From Minisyncoccia bacterium (GTDB lineage: Bacteria; Patescibacteriota; Minisyncoccia; Moranbacterales; GCA-2747515), in contig JBGSQF010000013.1 in NCBI GenBank assembly GCA_041738235.1, positions 129,583 through 193,582 of the forward strand: a stretch of DNA of 64,000 nt, read 5' to 3'. Below, piece by piece: positions 58,072-64,000 of the stretch. The translations under genes were made by a program, and so were the position numbers. Under the pieces are notes generated by a model. It saw only the letters and a program-made list of their open reading frames with translations, was not told where the DNA came from and ran no database searches. Numbering within the stretch: the stretch's first letter is position 1; each line of letters starts with the position of its first letter.

Positions 58072-58581
58072 TTAGGACATTTTCACCAATTTTTCCATAA
58101 CTATACCAGAAAAAATAGCAAAAATAACCACATAAAAAGCAAATATGAGAGAAAACCCCCAACCAAAGTAGTATGCCATGACTGGCAAAAATGTGAGTTG
58201 AACATTGCGATTGTTCAGAAATACCGTAATAAGTGAGTATTTCATTCCGTGATCCTTCAACTCTCCTAGAAGCGGGAAAAGTACATAGGGCGGCCCAGAG
58301 ATCACCATAGAGGCCAGTAATGTATAAAGCCATCCCCTGAGACCCGAGTCATGACCAAGATGCTTCCCTATCGCCTCTGGTTTTACAAAGACATTGTTCA
58401 AAAACATAATAAAAAATACAAATGCCAAAATTGGTAATATAGACAAAAACGTTTTCAGAAAATCCTGAAAAGCAGCAGAGACCAACGTGGGAGTTGCAAA
58501 GAATAAAACTCCATATAAAAAAGTAATTGCCAAAAAGAACATCATCCCACCCGAAAGTTTTTTTAGACAAGTCATCATCAA
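58072..58581 (-). CDS. Predicted permease, C-terminal half-gene (COG0701 / ArsP-like).
   Basis: A 169-aa polytopic protein. It overlaps the upstream gene by 4 nt (ATGA), which suggests translational coupling. Confidence 0.5.
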   Translation of the reverse strand: MMMTCLKKLSGGMMFFLAITFLYGVLFFATPTLVSAAFQDFLKTFLSILPILAFVFFIMFLNNVFVKPEAIGKHLGHDSGLRGWLYTLLASMVISGPPYVLFPLLGELKDHGMKYSLITVFLNNRNVQLTFLPVMAYYFGWGFSLIFAFYVVIFAIFSGIVMEKLVKMS

Positions 58582-59018
58582 AATATCCTAAGAGTTATCG
58601 TCGTAAGCATTGCAATAAGAATTGCGAGGAAAAAATTCAGAGCGTTTCGCATAAATGCAAAACGTTTCCCCAGATGAGCCGACTCCAAAAAAATCATCGG
58701 GATCCCAACGGTTGTCCAAGAAAAGATAAATGCCGTCACTACCAACAAACTCACACCCTCCTTCAAAAGCTCTCCCCCAACCACATAACTGGCAATAGGA
58801 ATACCGAAGGAAAAACTCCCAGCAATTGTTCCGATCAGCGGATCAACCAGATAGTTCCCGGTAAAGATCTTTGGATAATACTCCTTAAACAGTGGATTTA
58901 AGATGCTCAACACCAACAACACCCCCATCAAAATCGGCAGGGATGCTTGTATAGATTGAAAAGTTTTTCGAAGCGAGCTTCTTATGTCCTGCATATAAAA
59001 GTCTATTTGTATTCCCAA
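58578..59018 (-). CDS. Predicted permease, N-terminal half-gene (COG0701 / ArsP-like).
   Basis: A 146-aa polytopic protein paired with the 58072..58581 gene. Confidence 0.5.
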   Translation of the reverse strand: MGIQIDFYMQDIRSSLRKTFQSIQASLPILMGVLLVLSILNPLFKEYYPKIFTGNYLVDPLIGTIAGSFSFGIPIASYVVGGELLKEGVSLLVVTAFIFSWTTVGIPMIFLESAHLGKRFAFMRNALNFFLAILIAMLTTITLRIF

Positions 59019-59455
59019 TCTGAATTACCTCCGTATCTTCGCATATATGCGAAAAAATTCGATCTGCTTGCCACAGAAAGTGTTTCGGGATCTATCTGAG
59101 CAATATCCTCCCATTGTATTTCGTCACATTTGTGCGGCTCCATGATCTTTGCTTTGCCAGAAACTAGTCGTGCAATATATGATGGCGAAACCCAATGCTG
59201 GTTCTCCTCCGGAAGAATATGATCTACCACTTCCAAAAGCTCCACCACTTCAATATCGATATCGTGCTCCTCTTTGATTTCCCTTGTTACGGCGTCTTCA
59301 CATTTCTCTCCAAACTTGACACCCCCACCCGGGAAGTCCCACTTTCCCACTTCGTTCCTCACCTGTTTCCCTCACTTGGCTAAAAAAACTTTTCCTTCAT
59401 CATTAAATATCATCGCCCCACACCCCACCCCGATATAATCTTTTCCTTTTATCAT
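59003..59455 (-). pseudogene. NUDIX hydrolase reading frame interrupted by an in-frame TGA at 59372..59374.
   Basis: The upstream segment MIKGKDYIGVGCGAMIFNDEGKVFLAK ends at the TGA. Past it the same frame continues as GKQVRNEVGKWDFPGGGVKFGE...REIKEEHDI, the Nudix box. The TGA occupies the position of the conserved Arg of the LAKRG motif. The ORF track reports only the GTG-initiated downstream part. Confidence 0.55.
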
Positions 59456-59513
59456 AAAATTGCTTTTATAGTATACCTCCTCTCGTATATACGCTGTTAT
59501 GTAATCAGTTACG

Positions 59514-59873
59514 TCACTCATTACGTAACTCTTCGATCGCCATGAGGATCCAATTTCCTCTTAATTTATCTTTCATCCCCACTAAATCTTCATAACTCCA
59601 CCAACGTGCGTCCAGTATCTCATATTCCGGGTAGTGAAGCTCCCCTCCGATAATTTGTGCTTCAAAAGTGCCGACATATTCTATGGTGTCCAGCACAAGA
59701 TCAATACTCAGCTCTTCTTTTATCTCTCGAACAAGCGCCTCTTGGTCACTCTCCCCACTCTCTCTTTTTCCACCCGGAATATAGTAGATATCATTATTTT
59801 TTGAGCGCGTGCTTAAAATATTTCTATCCTTGATAGAGATCCAAGCGAGTTTATCAATATATTGATTATTCAT
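59514..59873 (-). CDS. NUDIX hydrolase (MutT-like).
   Basis: The Nudix box reads GGKRESGESDQEALVREIKEELSI. Confidence 0.8.
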   Translation of the reverse strand: MNNQYIDKLAWISIKDRNILSTRSKNNDIYYIPGGKRESGESDQEALVREIKEELSIDLVLDTIEYVGTFEAQIIGGELHYPEYEILDARWWSYEDLVGMKDKLRGNWILMAIEELRNE

Positions 59874-59938
59874 GATGCAAATGTATGCCTCAGTTGTTTT
59901 TATAGCTCTATATATGGCTCAATTATACACTATTACTC

Positions 59939-60586
59939 CTATTTTATCTTGAGTACATTCACGACTTTCCCATTGATGACGAAGTTGTCTTCTGAGGTAA
60001 GAAATATAGGTTTGTGCTTGATATCCGTAGACTCCGGCATGAGGACAATATTGTGCCCATCGTGCGAGCGATAGGTTTTGACGGTTGCCAGGCCGTCGAT
60101 AATGACCAACACCTTATCACCCGTTTCATAATTACGAGCGGATTTGTCCACCAGAACAAAATCACCATCCTCTATCGTCTTGCCATTCACCTTAGCCTTG
60201 TTCATAGACGTTCCGGAGATCTGCACCGCAAACACATCACGATTCCGCACGATATTCCTCGAAACTTTAAGATATCCTTCCACGTATTCATCTGCAAAGG
60301 CCAAGGCTGTTCCAGCATTTGCCATGCCTAAAACAGGCACATCCATAAATGTTTCCATTGTGACCCCTTTGAGTTTTATACCTCGATCCTCTGAAGTTCG
60401 TTGTATATACCCCTTCTCCTCTAGTTCATTGAGATAGAGAAAGAAACTGCGAATGCTCTTGAGCTTGAGTCCTAATTTTCCAGCCTCCCCTTGTATCTCT
60501 CGAACTGTAGGCATCTGCTTGTGCTGAGAAAAATACCCCTTGATCGCTTGAAGCACGATCTTTTGTTTTGGTGTGAGCAACTCCAT
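59939..60586 (-). CDS. lexA: LexA repressor.
   Basis: The N-terminus is a winged helix-turn-helix. The C-terminal S24 peptidase domain has the catalytic Ser-Met dyad (ISGTSM) and the catalytic Lys (KHKPIF). Confidence 0.85.
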   Translation of the reverse strand: MELLTPKQKIVLQAIKGYFSQHKQMPTVREIQGEAGKLGLKLKSIRSFFLYLNELEEKGYIQRTSEDRGIKLKGVTMETFMDVPVLGMANAGTALAFADEYVEGYLKVSRNIVRNRDVFAVQISGTSMNKAKVNGKTIEDGDFVLVDKSARNYETGDKVLVIIDGLATVKTYRSHDGHNIVLMPESTDIKHKPIFLTSEDNFVINGKVVNVLKIK

Positions 60587-60600
60587 ATGTTTGTGTGTTT

Positions 60601-60634
60601 ACTTTTATTACATATACTATTACATAGTAAAAGA
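60601..60634. promoter_or_regulatory. Direct repeat TATTACATA-N3-TATTACATA in the lexA promoter region (candidate operator).
   Basis: I read the repeats at 60606..60614 and 60618..60626. They are flanked by an inverted repeat TTTGTGTGT...ACACACAAA (about 60594 and about 60680). Confidence 0.3.
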
Positions 60635-60727
60635 TGTAAGAAATTCTGTCAAGAGATGTATTATGTAAAATTATCCACACACAAAAACACCCTTTTGGGG
60701 CGTTCTTTCAAAAACACGATCGCCTTC

Positions 60728-60743
60728 TTATGCGGTTAGTCCT
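60728..60743 (-). other. 3' arm of the long-range 16S precursor processing stem (pairs with 62499..62514).
   Basis: The plus-strand sequence TTATGCGGTTAGTCCT at 60728..60743 is the exact reverse complement of AGGACTAACCGCATAA at 62499..62514. The two arms bracket the 16S gene. Confidence 0.6.
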
Positions 60744-60838
60744 GAATCTATTCGGACCATTCTCATAAAGAGAATGATCGACCTTAGTGTGCTTGAGAAA
60801 TTGATATTGACTATCAACTCTCTCACCTTAATCTCCCT

Positions 60839-62329
<1,491 letters not shown>

Positions 62330-62498
62330 AATAAATACGATCGTTGCGAGTCGCTTTGTTCGTATCAACAAAAGCGAAAGAATTTCAATTTACATTGAGA
62401 ACTCTCAACAATGTTTTCTGAACTGTGTTCAGATTGTTTTGAATAGACTCTTGTTTTTTTAGTATCTGACCACCGTTACCGGGGTCATCTCCTAAAAA

Positions 62499-62514
62499 AG
62501 GACTAACCGCATAA
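62499..62514 (-). other. 5' arm of the long-range 16S precursor processing stem.
   Basis: It is the reverse complement of 60728..60743 and sits about 170 nt upstream of the mature 16S 5' end. Confidence 0.6.
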
Positions 62515-62763
62515 AATTGCGATTTTCTCTGAATTACATATTCAGAGACGTGTTGTATTCAGTTGTCAAAGACCCTGTTCCTACTTCCCACGAAACAGCC
62601 CCTGCATGGAATACAGGAAGGCAATTCCGGAAACGAAATAAAAACACATCTCTTCCAGCTTTATCTCTCGGGAAGAAATGTATTTTCATTTACCCGTTCC
62701 TTGTCTTGCACAAATAGTGCCGGCCAAATCTTAAAGAGAACTCTTTTCTAAAACGTGCTTCTG

Positions 62764-62792
62764 AGTATAGAGCACTCTTGTTTTCCTGTCAA
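62764..62792 (-). promoter_or_regulatory. Candidate rRNA promoter.
   Basis: Read on the minus strand, a TTGACA -35 element and a TATACT -10 element are separated by 17 bp. This gives a leader of about 430 nt. Confidence 0.45.
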
Positions 62793-62849
62793 GTCCCGGA
62801 CAACCCCCAAACAGTCACTTGAACTGCGCCGTATACAATAAAGGGTTTA

Positions 62850-63404
62850 CTATTTTGAACATGCCCATACGCCAAGACCTTTCTCCTGCGCTTCACGTAC
62901 CCAATTTTTTATATTTTCGGCATACTTGACGTCGGGCTTGATGGTCATTTCCTTAGCAAATCCCTCTCTTGTCAGGGTTTCTTCTACTGAGACATCTCCC
63001 ACAAAAACCAGATAGAGCCATCGACCATACTTGTCCTTTTCAGAGGTATCTCGTTCAAGGCGCACCTCTTTTCCCTCAACTAAATCTTTATTTCGCTCCA
63101 ACGCCTCTTGACCAAAACATTCTCCCTTTTGTTTTCCACGGGCGATCTCTGGGGTATTGATCCCCACATATCGCACACGTCGTCCATCTGCAAGGTCCAC
63201 TGTATCCCCATCGATCACTCGAGAAACTACCGCATACTCACTTGATCGACCCGCCTGATCCGTGGAATTGGTAGAATTGGGAACGAGTGTCCCTAGGTCT
63301 TTACCTGAATACAAGGCATATCCCAATAAGACCAGGGAAATGAGCAAAGAGAGAATTTGCTTATTACTAAACGACAGGGACATGCCGAGGATCTTTATTT
63401 TCAT
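62850..63404 (-). CDS. Secreted thermonuclease (staphylococcal nuclease/SNase homolog).
   Basis: It has a signal/TM segment followed by VVSRVIDGDTVDL...VRYVGINTPE...FGQEA...GKEVRLERD...DKYGRWLYLVF. These are the Ca-binding and catalytic residues of the SNase fold. Confidence 0.8.
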   Translation of the reverse strand: MKIKILGMSLSFSNKQILSLLISLVLLGYALYSGKDLGTLVPNSTNSTDQAGRSSEYAVVSRVIDGDTVDLADGRRVRYVGINTPEIARGKQKGECFGQEALERNKDLVEGKEVRLERDTSEKDKYGRWLYLVFVGDVSVEETLTREGFAKEMTIKPDVKYAENIKNWVREAQEKGLGVWACSK

Positions 63405-63437
63405 TCCTTTATTTTCTGGAAGTTACTTATTGAGAGA

Positions 63438-64000
63438 CTACTTCTTAGACTCAACAACACTAATTACCAGTATCCTATCAATACGAAATATCCGACGATC
63501 TCCGCTCTGCTCATCATCCGCATCAACACCCAAGAATGTTTTATCTTGATAGATCATATTGGCCACACGATATGGAGTGATAACACGTGTTGTTCTTTCA
63601 TCACTGGTTTTAAGATAGTCTATCTTAAAAGACTGCCCCTTTTCTATTCCCTCGCGGAGCATTCGTACACGTGCCTCCAAAGGAAGTGCTTCTTCCGCCA
63701 ATCCGTATTGAAAACTTGTTAGAAAATCTGTCACGATCTTATCCATAAAAATATGCCTCTTCTGGATCGGAGATTTTAGCACGATCCCCTCCAATGTTCT
63801 GGCTCGAGAGAGAGCAACGTACATCTGCCCATGCGCAAATGTTCCACGACCAATGTCAATGGCCACTTGATCAAATGTCTTTCCTTGACTCTTATGAATG
63901 GTCACGGCCCATGATAGCACCATGGGATACTGACGAAATGATCCAACAGACTGAGATACGATAGATCGAGAGGTTTCATCGTAAGAAAATCGAAACACCT
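63438..64000 (-). CDS. Pif1/RecD-family helicase, C-terminal part, with a C-terminal WYL domain; partial, with the N-terminus beyond the window end.
   Basis: The helicase C-terminal motifs are AVTIHKSQGKTFDQVAID and YVALSRARTLEGIVL. They are followed by a WYL-like domain (...YLKTSDERTTRVITPYRV...RIFRIDRI). The frame is open to the window edge, and the track start at 63998 is only an in-frame GTG. Confidence 0.65.
   Translation of the reverse strand, partial: VFRFSYDETSRSIVSQSVGSFRQYPMVLSWAVTIHKSQGKTFDQVAIDIGRGTFAHGQMYVALSRARTLEGIVLKSPIQKRHIFMDKIVTDFLTSFQYGLAEEALPLEARVRMLREGIEKGQSFKIDYLKTSDERTTRVITPYRVANMIYQDKTFLGVDADDEQSGDRRIFRIDRILVISVVESKK

Overview
This is a 64-kb bacterial chromosomal segment, about 42% GC overall, read with the standard genetic code. 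Long ORFs are uninterrupted and TAA, TAG and TGA all terminate confident genes. Gene content suggests a reduced-genome bacterium, possibly Patescibacteria/CPR, but that is inference only. The evidence for it is many small hypothetical envelope proteins, an archaeal-type UMP kinase, a short MiaB without a TRAM domain, and a 16S rRNA gene with no adjacent 23S.

Housekeeping genes I recognise include glyA, rmlA, galU, pcm, rplI, pyrG, a riboflavin kinase, a MiaB-like methylthiotransferase, aspS, a fused msrB-msrA, rpmA, pyrH, a small malic enzyme, gltX, priA, def, fmt, lepA and lexA. Envelope and polysaccharide genes include two glycosyltransferases, a WbaP-like sugar transferase, a Wzz-like protein, a CapA-family protein and a DUF2207 protein. 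There is a thiol-disulfide pair (a DsbA-like protein and a thioredoxin fused to a DsbD/CcdA-like membrane domain). There is an ECF sigma factor with a putative anti-sigma partner, a P-type ATPase, and a membrane-anchored metallophosphoesterase.

RNA genes missing from the ORF track are RNase P RNA (rnpB, 21283..21658, plus strand), tRNA-Thr(CGU) (21047..21119, minus strand) and a complete 16S rRNA (60839..62328, minus strand).

A partial GH130-like beta-propeller gene runs off the window start, which is why it is absent from the ORF track. A partial Pif1-like helicase with a C-terminal WYL domain runs off the window end.

The observations most worth a second look are these:
1. A compositionally anomalous, GC-rich block (about 35.5-37.3 kb) carries csrA, a 2H-phosphoesterase (LigT/ThpR) and a SpoT-type HD small-alarmone hydrolase, wedged between wecB-like and priA.
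2. Two nucleotide-pool sanitising genes, a dUTPase and a NUDIX hydrolase, are each interrupted by one in-frame stop codon (TAA and TGA) at a conserved position.
3. A stand-alone Cas4-like PD-(D/E)XK nuclease has a perfect 9-bp inverted repeat in its promoter.
4. Two unusually long noncoding regions (18.67-19.32 kb and 30.80-31.36 kb) contain nested inverted repeats and terminator-like hairpins.
5. A secreted thermonuclease sits beside the helicase-WYL gene at the window end.

No CRISPR array, transposase or prophage was detected.
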